DNA of 64,000 nt from Candidatus Omnitrophota bacterium (GTDB taxonomy: Bacteria; Omnitrophota; Gorgyraeia; Gygaellales; Profunditerraquicolaceae), in contig JAQTQJ010000002.1 of the NCBI GenBank assembly GCA_028712255.1, positions 86,846 through 150,845 on the forward strand, in the 5' to 3' direction. The notes beneath the pieces are model-generated. The model was not told where the DNA came from, did not search any database, and saw only the letters and a list, made by a program, of their open reading frames with translations. A program made the position numbers and the translations under genes. Below, piece after piece: positions 1 through 10,381 of the stretch (the first letter of the stretch is position 1; each line of letters opens with the position of its first letter).

Positions 1-702
1 GGGTCAAGAGCAGGGTATTCTTACGGATCAGACCTTGAGGAGTCTCTTATGCTTACAGGGGATTTGAACATACTTGATGTGCGTTGGATTGTGCAATTTA
101 AGATAAAAGACCCTATAAAATTGCTTTTTGTCGTGCGTGACCCCCTTAAGGTTATAAGGGATGTTTCTGAAATAGTTATGCGCCGATTTGTGGGAGATTA
201 TACTGTGGATGAGGTATTAACCATCAAAAGAGAAGAAATAGACCATTTAGCCCAAGTCGAGATGCAAAAAATTCTGGATGATTATCAAACAGGAGTGCAG
301 GTTATTACAGTGAAATTACTAGATGTAAATCCTCCTGATAAAGTAAAGCCGGCTTTTAACGAAGTAAATGAGGCAAAGCAGGAAAAAGAAAAAATGATTA
401 ACCAGGCCTGGGAGGCATATAATAAAACCATACCAAAGGCCAGAGGAGAAGCGGAACGGACTATCCGCGAGGCAGAAGGGTATTCCCTCGATAAGATAAA
501 TAGGGCTAAGGGGGAGTCAGATCGGTTCTTGGTGACTTTAGGCGAATATAAAAAAGCTCCAGAGATTACCCGTAAGAGGCTGTATCTTGAGACCCTCGCC
601 GAAGTTTTACCCAAGGCAAAAGAAAAATATATCATTGATCCAAGGCAATCTTCCATATTGCCGTTATTAGATATAGGCAAGAAAGGAGGGCTTAAACAAT
701 GA
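1..702 (+). CDS. hflK: HflK-like SPFH/band-7 protease-modulator subunit, 5' end outside window (frame open to nt 1)
   Basis: SPFH domain sequence followed by Lys/Glu-rich coiled-coil tail; overlaps hflC start by 4 nt (ATGA); reading frame continues upstream of the listed ATG at 49. Confidence 0.75.
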   Translation, partial: GSRAGYSYGSDLEESLMLTGDLNILDVRWIVQFKIKDPIKLLFVVRDPLKVIRDVSEIVMRRFVGDYTVDEVLTIKREEIDHLAQVEMQKILDDYQTGVQVITVKLLDVNPPDKVKPAFNEVNEAKQEKEKMINQAWEAYNKTIPKARGEAERTIREAEGYSLDKINRAKGESDRFLVTLGEYKKAPEITRKRLYLETLAEVLPKAKEKYIIDPRQSSILPLLDIGKKGGLKQ

Positions 703-1658
703 AAGAAGGCAAATTGGGGACAATCTTAGGATTAGTTTCTTTCTTGGCTATAATTATTTTTCTTGCGTTTGCAAGCGGAACGTTATTTATTGTAGATGAA
801 ACTAAGCAAGTAGTGATTACTCAGTTTGGCAAACCGGTGGGAGAGCCGATAACATCCGCGGGCCTGCATTTTAAAACGCCTTTTATTCAACAGGCGCATT
901 ATTTTGAAAAAAGGCTTCTTGAATGGGATGGTGATCCGAACCAGATACCTACAAAAGATAAAAAATATATCTGGGTAGATACAATGGCGCGTTGGAAGAT
1001 AGTGGATGCGCTAAAGTTTTTACAGTCTGTAGGCAATGAGTTAAGCGCTAGCAGCCGCCTAAATGATATTATCAATTCAGCTACCAGAGACGCCGTTACC
1101 GGCAATCTTTTGGTTGAAGCGGTAAGGGATTCAAACCGTATATTGGAGAGTAAGGATCTTGGGGATGATGCTATTGTCAGTGAAGAAGCTTTGGAACGTA
1201 TTGAAACAGGAAGGCAAAAATTAACTCGCGCCATATTAGAAAAAGCAAAAGTCCTCGCTCCGCAATACGGGATTGAGATTATGGATGTACGCATAAAACG
1301 CATAAACTATGTGGAAGAGGTGCGCAATAAGGTATATGACCGGATGATTGCTGAAAGAAAGCGCGCTGCCGAGAAATACCGATCAGAAGGATTTGGAAAA
1401 TCTGCCGAGATTGAGGGACAAACCGGCAAAGAGTTAAAGCTGATTACTTCAGAAGCTTACCGGCAGGCGCAGTCTATCGTAGGGAAAGCTGATGCTGAGG
1501 CAATTAATATTTACGCCGGTTCTTATTCCCAGAATCCCGAATTTTACTCATTTCTTAAGACATTAGAAACATATAAAGGCACCATTGACGAAAATTCGGT
1601 ACTGGTTTTGACTACTGATAGCGATTACTATAAATACCTCAAGGCTTTAGATAAATAA
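699..1658 (+). CDS. hflC: HflC-like SPFH/band-7 membrane protein
   Basis: N-terminal TM helix, SPFH domain (ITQFGKP..., coiled-coil AERKRAAEKYRSEG); operon partner of hflK. Confidence 0.75.
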   Translation: MKEGKLGTILGLVSFLAIIIFLAFASGTLFIVDETKQVVITQFGKPVGEPITSAGLHFKTPFIQQAHYFEKRLLEWDGDPNQIPTKDKKYIWVDTMARWKIVDALKFLQSVGNELSASSRLNDIINSATRDAVTGNLLVEAVRDSNRILESKDLGDDAIVSEEALERIETGRQKLTRAILEKAKVLAPQYGIEIMDVRIKRINYVEEVRNKVYDRMIAERKRAAEKYRSEGFGKSAEIEGQTGKELKLITSEAYRQAQSIVGKADAEAINIYAGSYSQNPEFYSFLKTLETYKGTIDENSVLVLTTDSDYYKYLKALDK

Positions 1659-2078
1659 AAACTTAAAATCCTGCCGCTATAGATAAAAGGGTATACTGTG
1701 TTTGTTTTATCTAACTGTTTAATCGCCTTAGCGTGAATTCTGGATGTCGGATTTTCTATATTTTATTGGTTAATCTTAATCCGCGCTCTGATTAGTTGAG
1801 TTAGCCTCGATCCGCATAATTTCATAGTTCAGTTTCTATATAAGGCAACCGAACCAATATTTTATCCAATTAGGAAGATATTGCCTTTGAACTTGAAATT
1901 CGGTATATATCTCACCGATAATTGCGTCTTTGGTAATCATGTTTTTAAATCATTTTTAATAAGATCTCTAATTGATTTTACGGTGAAGCTAAGGTAGCTT
2001 GAATCTGCCGGTGGTTAGGGCATGGTTCGGTTATCTTTTTATCTGGATACTTGTTTTATTTATAGGAGGTAAGTTGTT

Positions 2079-3131
2079 ATGAATCTAAAGATTTTGGAGC
2101 AGGTATTTTTCGGTAATCGTATTTTAGATTACATCATTGCTTTATTAACATTAGCCCTGGGCATACTCTTTGTTAAAGTTATTGTGCGTTTCATTATAGG
2201 GCGGCTTAAGAAATTTGCCAGGATGACTACTACAACTTTTGACGATTTATTGGCGGAGATTCTCGAGAGAGTTGTTTTGCCTGCTTTATTCATTAGCTGT
2301 TTCTATTTGAGTCTAAAGACTTTGAAAATGCCCTTGGTGATAAACGGGGTAATTAATGTCCTGCAGTTAGTATTAGTTACCTTTTTTGCCACGCGGGCGA
2401 TTGTTATGTTTGTCAGCCATAGCCTAAATATCTATTTAACAAAAAAGCAAGAAGATACCACAGTGGTGCGAAGTCTCAGTGGAATGTTAAATGTGATGAA
2501 GTTCTTAATTTGGGCAATGGCGGTTATAATTTTATTGGATAACCTCGGTTATAAAGTCTCCACAATCATTGCCGGTTTAGGAATTGGTGGCATTGCTGTG
2601 GCTATAGCTGCACAAGCCCTTTTGAAAGATTTCTTCAGTTATTTTTCTATAGTATTCGACCGGCCCTTTAAACTGGGAGATTTTATTATAATCGGTGACT
2701 TTATGGGTACAGTTGAGTATATTGGAATTAAAACCACGCGCATACGTAGCTTAGGAGGGGAGCAGGTAATATTTTCCAATACGGACCTAACGGATTCACG
2801 GGTCAGAAATTATAAGCTTATGGAGAAAAGGCGTATCTTATTCCGGCTAGGCGTAACTTATCAAACTTCTCTTGGCCAGCTAAAAGAAATGCCCAAAATT
2901 ATTGAGCGTATCATTAAAAACACTAAGGATGTTGCTTTTGACCGCGCGCATTTTTTCAGCTACGGCGATTTTAGCCTAATATTTGAAGTCGTGTATTTTG
3001 TTTTGAATCCCGATTACAACAAATATATGGATATTCAACAAGAGATTAATTTTGCGATTAAAGAGGAGTTTGAAAAACGCGGTATAGAGTTTGCCTATCC
3101 TACGCAGACACTTTTTGTAACTAAACAATAA
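2079..3131 (+). CDS. MscS-family small-conductance mechanosensitive channel
   Basis: N-terminal TM helices, pore helix GLGIGGIAVAIAAQ, beta-domain DFIIIGDFMGTVEYIGIKTTRIRSLGGEQVIFSN matching MscS core. Confidence 0.8.
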   Translation: MNLKILEQVFFGNRILDYIIALLTLALGILFVKVIVRFIIGRLKKFARMTTTTFDDLLAEILERVVLPALFISCFYLSLKTLKMPLVINGVINVLQLVLVTFFATRAIVMFVSHSLNIYLTKKQEDTTVVRSLSGMLNVMKFLIWAMAVIILLDNLGYKVSTIIAGLGIGGIAVAIAAQALLKDFFSYFSIVFDRPFKLGDFIIIGDFMGTVEYIGIKTTRIRSLGGEQVIFSNTDLTDSRVRNYKLMEKRRILFRLGVTYQTSLGQLKEMPKIIERIIKNTKDVAFDRAHFFSYGDFSLIFEVVYFVLNPDYNKYMDIQQEINFAIKEEFEKRGIEFAYPTQTLFVTKQ

Positions 3132-3176
3132 TTAGATAATATTTATTTTAAAGTTGTTCAAAGGCATGCAAAATCT

Positions 3177-4304
3177 ATGAAGAAAATACTTCTTATTTCA
3201 TTTGAATATCCTACCGGCAAGTCATACTGTGGCGGCGTGGGCCAGATTGTAGAGCAGAGTAGGGATGCTCTTTTGGCTTTGGGTTATGAGACATATGTTC
3301 TTATAAGTTCTGGTTTTGCCAGGAAAGATCCCGTTAAGCTGCTGTTTTCAGATGGTTCCATAAAGAACTACCCTAATCTTGGTTCATTCCTAAGGGATTA
3401 TGACTGGTGTAATTTTGGCTATATAATCCATCATTTTGTTAATTGGACTAAAGAGCTTAAGAAGATTACGAGGCAAAAAGGAAGAAAGCCTAAGATTATA
3501 TATCATTTTCATAGTATATTAAGAAGAGAGAAAGAATCTGGATTTAGGACTTTAAACCACTTTTTACATAATCAGGAGAAAATGATTGAATTGGCAGATA
3601 GAATAATCTGTCCTTCTGCCTATGAATACGATAATTTTATCAGGTATTTCCCTTCTTTTATAGATAAGGTGGTTGTTATTGAAAATACGATTGAAGCCTT
3701 CAGTGCAGATAGAAAGAGAATGGAGGAGATAAGGGATAGGCATAAGATTAAAAAGAATGATATAGTTTCTCTCTATGTAGGCAGGCTTGAGAGAATAAAA
3801 GGGGCCCATATTTTGCTAAAGGAAGCGCCCAAGATTCTTAGGAAACAGCGGCATCTTAAACTTTTTTTTGTTGGGAGATCAATAGAGAAAGACCTATATA
3901 AGAAATTGTTAAGCGTATGCAGAAGGTTTCCCGGGCAGTTTTTCTATAAAAGGCATCTGGATAAAAACGAGTTGTTTCAGTATTATTATTTAAGCGATAT
4001 CTATATAAATAGCTCTTTAAGTGAGTCGTTTTCTTTGAGTACCCACGAAGGAGCATTTTGTGGTAGTTCATTGCTTTTAAATCGCCTGCCGGTCTTGGAA
4101 AAATTTAAGGATGCCGCGTTATTTTTTGACGCCAATAGTGGAGATTTTTCCGAAAAATACGATGTTTTGATAAGAAATCGTGTTTTAAGAAGAAAGCTTT
4201 CAAAAAGGGCAAGCGCGATTGCTGATAAATTAATTAGCAATAATAGGTTTAAAGATAACCTTTATAAGCTTCTTAATGGTTTTATGATCGAGAGTAAGAT
4301 TTAA
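3177..4304 (+). CDS. GT4-family glycosyltransferase
   Basis: GT-B fold; EX7E-like motif SLSESFSLSTHEGAFCGS; 375 aa. Confidence 0.65.
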   Translation: MKKILLISFEYPTGKSYCGGVGQIVEQSRDALLALGYETYVLISSGFARKDPVKLLFSDGSIKNYPNLGSFLRDYDWCNFGYIIHHFVNWTKELKKITRQKGRKPKIIYHFHSILRREKESGFRTLNHFLHNQEKMIELADRIICPSAYEYDNFIRYFPSFIDKVVVIENTIEAFSADRKRMEEIRDRHKIKKNDIVSLYVGRLERIKGAHILLKEAPKILRKQRHLKLFFVGRSIEKDLYKKLLSVCRRFPGQFFYKRHLDKNELFQYYYLSDIYINSSLSESFSLSTHEGAFCGSSLLLNRLPVLEKFKDAALFFDANSGDFSEKYDVLIRNRVLRRKLSKRASAIADKLISNNRFKDNLYKLLNGFMIESKI

Positions 4305-4540
4305 AAGTTTAAAATTAATGTTATTGTAAAAATAAAACCGGTTTAAGAAGGAAAAAGTATAAATAACTCACTGTCCACCTTAAGAGATGAACAGTAAGTT
4401 ATTGTTCTGTATCTAGTTATGATAAAAGACTGGTGCTTCTAGGCTTTATTTTTTAAAAGAATAGAATGGCCCTTCTTTGTTAACGAGATTTACTTAATAA
4501 GCATGGCAACGTGCACTGTGTACAGCATAGGTCAGGTATG

Positions 4541-4573
4541 GTTTCTCGATTAGATCGGAAAGTGTTTGCTTAT
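4541..4573. promoter_or_regulatory. conserved 31-33 nt motif copy A (GTTTCTYGATTAGATCGGAAAGTGTYTGCTT) abutting the -35 of the S2P gene promoter
   Basis: near-identical second copy at 5409-5439; followed by TGn-TATAAT at 4594-4602. Confidence 0.3.
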
Positions 4574-4651
4574 TTCGTTTTTCTTAAGTTTTCTTGTATA
4601 ATAGCCTAAGCCATGCAATAATGATATAATGATATAAGGAGGGGGGTACAG

Positions 4652-5284
4652 ATGGGATTAATATCGCTTTTGTTCAGTAATCCGGCTCTTTTTGTAATTC
4701 TGGCTGTCATACTTCTTTATTCGGTTATTTTACATGAAGTTGCCCATGGTTGGGTGGCGCATCTTTTTGGCGATGATACAGCTTTATATAACGGAAGATT
4801 GACTTTTAACCCTGCGTCACACCTTGATCCGATAGGTACGCTGATGCTTTTTCTGGTAGGATTTGGCTGGGCAAGGCCGGTGCCGGTAGATTACTCCAGA
4901 TTTAGTAATACTCGCTTCGGATTATTCTCTGTTGCCTTGGCAGGATGCTTAACGAACATACTCATCGCAGTAATTGCGCTGATTTTATTGCAATTTGATT
5001 TCATTAATGCTAATTCTGCCTTTTCGGTTATCCTGCCTATTGTCGTAAGGATTAATATTATTCTGGGAGCTTTTAATTTAATACCAATTCCTCCTCTTGA
5101 TGGCTCAAAGATACTCATGAGTTTTCTCCCCTACCAGGCACAAGAGAATCTAGCGAGCCTAGAGCCATATGGGTTTTTTATTTTAGTGATTTTGCTTTTT
5201 ACCGGTATATTGAATTCCGTGATAGCCTTTATGCAGAATTTAATTTACGGTATTATTAGCATATTGTTTAGTTTATTTAGATAA
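4652..5284 (+). CDS. small site-2 protease (peptidase M50 family) membrane metalloprotease
   Basis: HEVAHG zinc motif in TM helix, second motif LNLIPIPPLDG; 210 aa polytopic. Confidence 0.7.
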   Translation: MGLISLLFSNPALFVILAVILLYSVILHEVAHGWVAHLFGDDTALYNGRLTFNPASHLDPIGTLMLFLVGFGWARPVPVDYSRFSNTRFGLFSVALAGCLTNILIAVIALILLQFDFINANSAFSVILPIVVRINIILGAFNLIPIPPLDGSKILMSFLPYQAQENLASLEPYGFFILVILLFTGILNSVIAFMQNLIYGIISILFSLFR

Positions 5285-5408
5285 ATCTCAATAAGAAATA
5301 AAGGTATTAATTTAATTAAATAATGCAATTACTATATAAACTTAGTAAGAATAATTCCAGAGAAATATTACATAATCCGGAAATAAGTATGATGTCCCCA
5401 GAATTCCA

Positions 5409-5439
5409 GTTTCTTGATTAGATCGGAAAGTGTCTGCTT
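5409..5439. promoter_or_regulatory. conserved 31-nt motif copy B
   Basis: 29/31 identical to 4541-4573. Confidence 0.3.
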
Positions 5440-5644
5440 TAACGATCAATAGCCTTTTTTATACCTGTATTTAGAGAGTCTTCCCCTTGCGCCGTATTCC
5501 TGCCCGCCCTTACGAGGTTCACTCTCAAATTTCTATATATAATTCACTCTATTGTAGTAGAAAAAAGTCAATTAAATACTGAATTAAATCAATGAATCGG
5601 TTGTATTAATTTGTGAAAGATGTATAATAAAAATATAGGAATAA

Positions 5645-5738
5645 GAAATTAAGTGGTCCGGAGATAGCAAGTTGTTTCCGGAGGTGTTTCTTAGATGGTC
5701 GGGCCGCCATCTTGCATTTAATGCAGGGTGGTTTTTTT
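5645..5738 (+). ncRNA. candidate structured small RNA / terminator module, copy 1 (P1 hairpin UCCGGA...UCCGGA, P2 AGAUGG-UCGGGCCG-CCAUCU, terminal hairpin + U-run)
   Basis: own promoter-like TTGTAT-16-TATAAT at 5601-5628; paralogous copy at 12283-12362 with compensatory changes; ends in GGUGG+U7. Confidence 0.35.
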
Positions 5739-5755
5739 ATTTTAGGGGGCGATAA

Positions 5756-6318
5756 ATGGGCATTTCTTCAGCATTCTTTATTAATAATTTATTTGAAATT
5801 TTAGTTCCGGTTGGAATAATTATCTTAACTTTAATTTGCGGGTTTATTATAGGAAAAATTGTCTTTGTGCGTCTTAGTTACTGGTCAAAGCAGACTAAAA
5901 CTCAAATTGATGATATCGTTATAGACTCAATAATGTTGTATTGATTCCTAATGAGAAATTGACAAAAGCAATTGTTACCAATTATTACCTGCCGGAAAAG
6001 GAGATGATGGTTTTAGTAAATTTAGGGGTTCACTATAAAAGCGACCTAAAAGAAGTTGAGCAAATAACTTGTGAAGTCGCCAAGGAAGTCATGCAAGAAA
6101 TCCCCGGAGGCGTGCCTAAATTTGATCCGTTTATTAGTTATGGTGGTTTTGGGGATTCCAATATCAGCCTGACCGTTATTTTGAGGGCAAAGGAATTTGT
6201 AGGCCAATATTTAATTAAGCATGAATTTATAAAAAGGCTCCATGATCGTTATGCCAAAGAGGGCATTGTAATTTCTTATCCGATAAGAGCGATAAATTAT
6301 CAGCAGGAGGAGGAATAA
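5756..6318 (+). pseudogene. MscS-family channel remnant (frameshift at ~5941 plus loss of pore-helix/TM3 segment)
   Basis: 62-aa N-terminal TM fragment then, in another frame, the MscS beta-domain (IPNEKLTKAIVTNYY... cf. E. coli IPNGKIIAGNIINFS); together only ~187 aa versus ~350 aa for the intact paralog at 2079. Confidence 0.55.
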
Positions 6319-8550
6319 ATGAGACGACTACTCATATTTATATTGCCGATTTTGATTATTGTAGCCATTGGGTTTACGGTTTTTGGCATTATGCAAATCC
6401 GTTTTACTCAGGATAAATTGATGGATGATCTCCAAAAAAAGGCTAAAGCTGTTGCTGAAAGTATTGATTTTTCGGCAAAAACTATTCTTTTGAATAATGA
6501 TTTAAAATCCGCAAGCCGCCTTGTCGAGAGTTTCCAGAAGAGGGAGCGGCTGCAGGGGTGTATTATTTATGATAAGGAAGGAAAGGTTTTTGCGATTACG
6601 GAAAGATTCTCCGACTGGAAAGAGCAAGAAAAACCTTATCTTCAGGATATTCTGGCGAGTAAAACTCCCCGCGGAGTTTTGGAAAACTTCAAAGATTATG
6701 CGGTATATAGCTATATCATTCCTGTAAACGATGACGAAGGTAATATATTAGGAATGGTCGAAGTCATTTATGATACTTCTTATGTTTTTACGACGATGAC
6801 TGATCTCTGGAGGCGTTTGAGCGTCTCTTTAATATCTCTACTGGTCTTAATTGTATTGATAATGTTTTTGATTCAAAGGCAGATATTTACCCTGCCCGTT
6901 GTTAGGCTTACCAAGTGGTTCCAATATTTTCAAAGAGGGGAAACCGAGCAGGCGTATCCAATTAAAGGAAAAGATGAACTTGGAAAACTTGCGAGTGAAG
7001 TTGAGCAGGTAGCTTTAAGTTTAAGAGTGGCGCGTAAAGTTGTAAGTCAGAAGGCTACAGAGCGTATTGAGAAAGATGAGCTCTGGACTGAAAGCAAGCT
7101 CCGCGATCTTATTCACGCCCGCTTGGGAGAGAATGCCCTGTTTGTTGTGTCCAACAGGGAGCCTTACATGCATGTTATTGATGATGTTACCGGGCAGCCA
7201 AAGTGTATTAGGCCGGCCAGTGGTGTTGTTACCGCAATAGATCCAATATTGCGCGCTTGTGGAGGAACATGGGTTGGCCATGGTAGTGGAAACGCTGATA
7301 GGAAATTTGTAAATTCAAAAGATAAGCTTGGAGTGCCTCCCGGAGATAACCGGTATATTCTTAAAAGAGTTTGGTTATCTAAAGAAGAAGAGGAAGGTTA
7401 TTATTATGGTTTTGCTAATGAGGGATTGTGGCCTTTGTGTCATATGACGCATACAAGGCCGTTATTCAGAGAATCCGATTGGCAAATGTATAAAAAAGTA
7501 AATCAGAAGTTTGCGGATAGTATCTTGTCGGAATTGCCGGCAAAAAATCCTTTTGTATTTATTCAGGATTACCATTTTACTTTGCTTGCCATGATGATTA
7601 AAGAGAAACGTCCGGATGCAAGAATAGCTTTATTCTGGCACATTCCCTGGCCGAATCCGGAGGTTTTTTCAACCTGTCCGTATCATAAACAGATTTTGGA
7701 GGGTATGCTTGCCTGTGATTTGATTGGTTTTCATGTGCAAAGCCACTGCAATAATTTCCTTGAAACTTCAAATAGGTTGCTTGAATCCCGCGTTGATACA
7801 GAAAAATTCAGCATCGTTCGTTTGGGAAAGGAAACATTTGTCAGGGCGTTTCCCATAAGCGTTGATGGATATTTAAATCAAGGCAAGCAGGATTTAGGTT
7901 TAGCCGGTGAAATGGATAGAATCAAAAAGGAATTTGAATTGGAAGGAAAAATTGTAGCCATAGGCGTTGACAGAATTGATTATACAAAGGGTTTAATCGA
8001 GCGGATCCTTGCAGTGGATAGGTTTATAGAGAAAAATCCGCAATATAAAAACAAATTCGTTTTTATCCAGTTGGCCGCTCCCAGCAGGACGCACATTAAG
8101 CATTACCATGATTTAATGAATGAAGTTGATGAATTGGTAGAAAAAAAGAATTGGAAATACTCAGAAGGAGAGTGGCGTCCGATAGTTTATTTAAAAAAAC
8201 ATTTTTCTCCTGAGGAGATAAAGCCATATTATGCACTTGCCGACATATGTATTGTTAGCTCTCTTCATGATGGCATGAACCTCGTGGCTAAGGAGTATGT
8301 GGCATCAAAAAGCAGCCTTGACGGCGCGTTGATATTGAGCCGTTTTACCGGAGCTGCCAAGGAATTAACAGATTCAATTCTGATCAATCCTTACTCAATT
8401 GAAGAATTTTCGGATGCTATAAAATTAGCCATAGAAATGCCACTTGAGGAAAAAAGAAAACGGATGGAAAATATGCGCAAGATTGTTTCCGAGAATAACG
8501 TTTATCGCTGGGCAGGGAATATTGTTACAGAATTAACCGCATTAAAATAA
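6319..8550 (+). CDS. otsA: trehalose-6-phosphate synthase (GT20, OtsA) fused to an N-terminal TM-periplasmic sensor-TM-HAMP module
   Basis: C-terminal ~480 aa is canonical OtsA (LFVVSNREPY, IQDYHFTLLA, LFWHIPWPNPEVF); N-terminal 250 aa has two TM helices flanking a ~150 aa extracytoplasmic domain, then a HAMP-like amphipathic segment. Confidence 0.8.
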   Translation: MRRLLIFILPILIIVAIGFTVFGIMQIRFTQDKLMDDLQKKAKAVAESIDFSAKTILLNNDLKSASRLVESFQKRERLQGCIIYDKEGKVFAITERFSDWKEQEKPYLQDILASKTPRGVLENFKDYAVYSYIIPVNDDEGNILGMVEVIYDTSYVFTTMTDLWRRLSVSLISLLVLIVLIMFLIQRQIFTLPVVRLTKWFQYFQRGETEQAYPIKGKDELGKLASEVEQVALSLRVARKVVSQKATERIEKDELWTESKLRDLIHARLGENALFVVSNREPYMHVIDDVTGQPKCIRPASGVVTAIDPILRACGGTWVGHGSGNADRKFVNSKDKLGVPPGDNRYILKRVWLSKEEEEGYYYGFANEGLWPLCHMTHTRPLFRESDWQMYKKVNQKFADSILSELPAKNPFVFIQDYHFTLLAMMIKEKRPDARIALFWHIPWPNPEVFSTCPYHKQILEGMLACDLIGFHVQSHCNNFLETSNRLLESRVDTEKFSIVRLGKETFVRAFPISVDGYLNQGKQDLGLAGEMDRIKKEFELEGKIVAIGVDRIDYTKGLIERILAVDRFIEKNPQYKNKFVFIQLAAPSRTHIKHYHDLMNEVDELVEKKNWKYSEGEWRPIVYLKKHFSPEEIKPYYALADICIVSSLHDGMNLVAKEYVASKSSLDGALILSRFTGAAKELTDSILINPYSIEEFSDAIKLAIEMPLEEKRKRMENMRKIVSENNVYRWAGNIVTELTALK

Positions 8551-8568
8551 AGGTATGGGATAATAGTT

Positions 8569-9566
8569 ATGTTTAACCAGTTGTTTCATCATTTAACTAA
8601 TGTGACTATACCTAACCTTAATGGATTGTTGTTGGGGGTAATTCTATTTGCAGGAACCATAGGGGGTAGGACATTTCAGCGGTTCAAAATACCTCAAGTG
8701 GTCGGGTATGTGGTTACGGGAATTTTACTTGGGCAGAGCGGTTTTAAGATTATAGAAAAAAACATGATTCAGGTACTTGTGCCATTTAGCTATTTTGCTC
8801 TAGGGCTTATAGGCTTTATGATTGGCGGAGAACTTAAGAAAGAGTCATTCCGCCGTTATGGAAAACAGTTTACTTTTATTTTGCTTGCCGAAGGATTAGG
8901 AGCTTTTATACTAGTTTCGCTTTTTTAGGTTTAGTGGGGCAGTTTTTCTTGCCCAAAGGCGTAAATTATTGGGTGTTGGCGTTATTATTGGGGGCTATAT
9001 CTTCGGCTACCGCTCCTGCGGCAACAGTAGATGTACTCTGATATAAGACAGCAGGGCCGCTAACAACCATGGTTTTGGGAATCGTAGCTATGGATGATGG
9101 ATTGGCTTTAGTTTTATTTGCCTTTGCTTCTAGTATAGCTGCGGTAATGTTAGGGGGGGGCACTCTTTAGGATTATCCTCTTTTGATATTAAGGAATGCA
9201 TCATTAAATAGCGTACTTGATACCTTCGCTAATAGTGATTACAATAATTATCCAGTTGTAGATAAAGAGGAAAGATTATTAGGAATTATAACCGCGGAAA
9301 GCATAAGAGCTGCCTTTAAGCATAAAGATTTGGAAAATCTTGTTGTAGCCGAAGATATTATGGAACCCGTTATTACATATAATATACGGGGCCAAGATTT
9401 ATTGCGTAAAGCCAATGAATATATGGACAGACATAATTTTGAATATCTACCCATAGTTACTGATGAGTCAAAAATCGTTGGATTTATAGGGAAAAGAATA
9501 ATAAACAAATTTATCTCTACGAGATTGATGGAAATTGAACAAAAAATTAAATCTTTAGAGAAATGA
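8569..9566 (+). pseudogene. degraded monovalent cation:proton antiporter (CPA family) with C-terminal CBS pair; the CBS part (9183-9566, TTG start) may still be expressed
   Basis: TM fragment 8569-8928, frameshift, then same-frame segments interrupted by in-frame TGA (~9040) and TAG (9168-9170) just after a G8 homopolymer (9153-9160); total far shorter than intact CPA transporters. Confidence 0.55.
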
Positions 9567-9572
9567 AGGCCA

Positions 9573-10379
9573 TTGATTAATATGAAGTATCTATTTAAAA
9601 ACTGGGATGGAATTAAAAAAGATCTAAGCGATAACTATATTTTACTTTTTTTAGATTATGATGGTACTTTGGCTCCAATTGTCAGTACGCCAGAGGAGGC
9701 ATCTATTTCGCCAGAGGTAAAGGATCTACTGAGCGAATTATCAAAAAATCTCAATTGCAAATTAGCTATTATTAGCGGCAGGTCATTAAAAGATATAAAA
9801 AATATTATAGGCTTAAAAGAGGTTATTTATTCCGGAAATCACGGTTTAGAAATAGAAGGCCCAAAGATTAAATTTGAAGCCCAGGTTTTACCACGATTAA
9901 AATTGGTTATTCGAGCTATTGCCGCGGATATGAAAAAGCGATTTTTAGGCATTAAGGGTGTACTAATTGAGGATAAGGGTTTGACTTTGAGTATTCACTA
10001 TCGTAAGGTTAGTAAGAAGGATATGCCTGTATTTGAGAAGATTATTTTTGAAGTTACTAATCCTTATGTAGCGGGCGATAATATAAAGGTTAATTCCGGT
10101 AAAAAAGTTTATGAGATAAAACCGCCTATTAAATGGGATAAAGGCAAGGTAGTTTTGTGGCTTCTTGCAAGGCGGCAATTTATTTCGGGAGAGAAGAATG
10201 TTTTACCGGTTTATATCGGAGATGATGTAACCGATGAAGATGTTTTTAAGGCTTTAAAAAGAAAAGGATTGACGGTGTTCGTGGGAGAATCCGGGGATTC
10301 CAATGCTGATTATTATTTAAAGAATACAGAAGAAGTAACTAAATTTTTACGCTTAATATCGGACTTAAAGCATAATTAA
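9573..10379 (+). CDS. otsB: trehalose-6-phosphate phosphatase (HAD family)
   Basis: LFLDYDGTLAPIV HAD motif I, GDDVTDED motif; adjacent to otsA. Confidence 0.8.
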   Translation: MINMKYLFKNWDGIKKDLSDNYILLFLDYDGTLAPIVSTPEEASISPEVKDLLSELSKNLNCKLAIISGRSLKDIKNIIGLKEVIYSGNHGLEIEGPKIKFEAQVLPRLKLVIRAIAADMKKRFLGIKGVLIEDKGLTLSIHYRKVSKKDMPVFEKIIFEVTNPYVAGDNIKVNSGKKVYEIKPPIKWDKGKVVLWLLARRQFISGEKNVLPVYIGDDVTDEDVFKALKRKGLTVFVGESGDSNADYYLKNTEEVTKFLRLISDLKHN

Positions 10380-10381
10380 TT

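Noticed and set aside
285-680. Antisense ORFs inside confidently assigned genes (for example 285-680, 899-1303, 3564-4240, 4891-5118, 7021-7281, 9248-9508, 30880-31341, 50655-51107, 53217-53624, 56171-56602)
   Set aside because: They are fully embedded opposite strong homolog-bearing CDSs, have low-complexity or no recognisable motifs, and lack RBSs; typical shadow ORFs.
1659-2078. tRNA or other known ncRNA genes in the long intergenic gaps (1659-2078, 4305-4651, 5285-5755, 32634-32946)
   Set aside because: No cloverleaf-compatible GTTCRANYC T-loop / CCA-end patterns or recognisable rRNA segments were seen by eye; this cannot be excluded without tRNAscan/Infernal.
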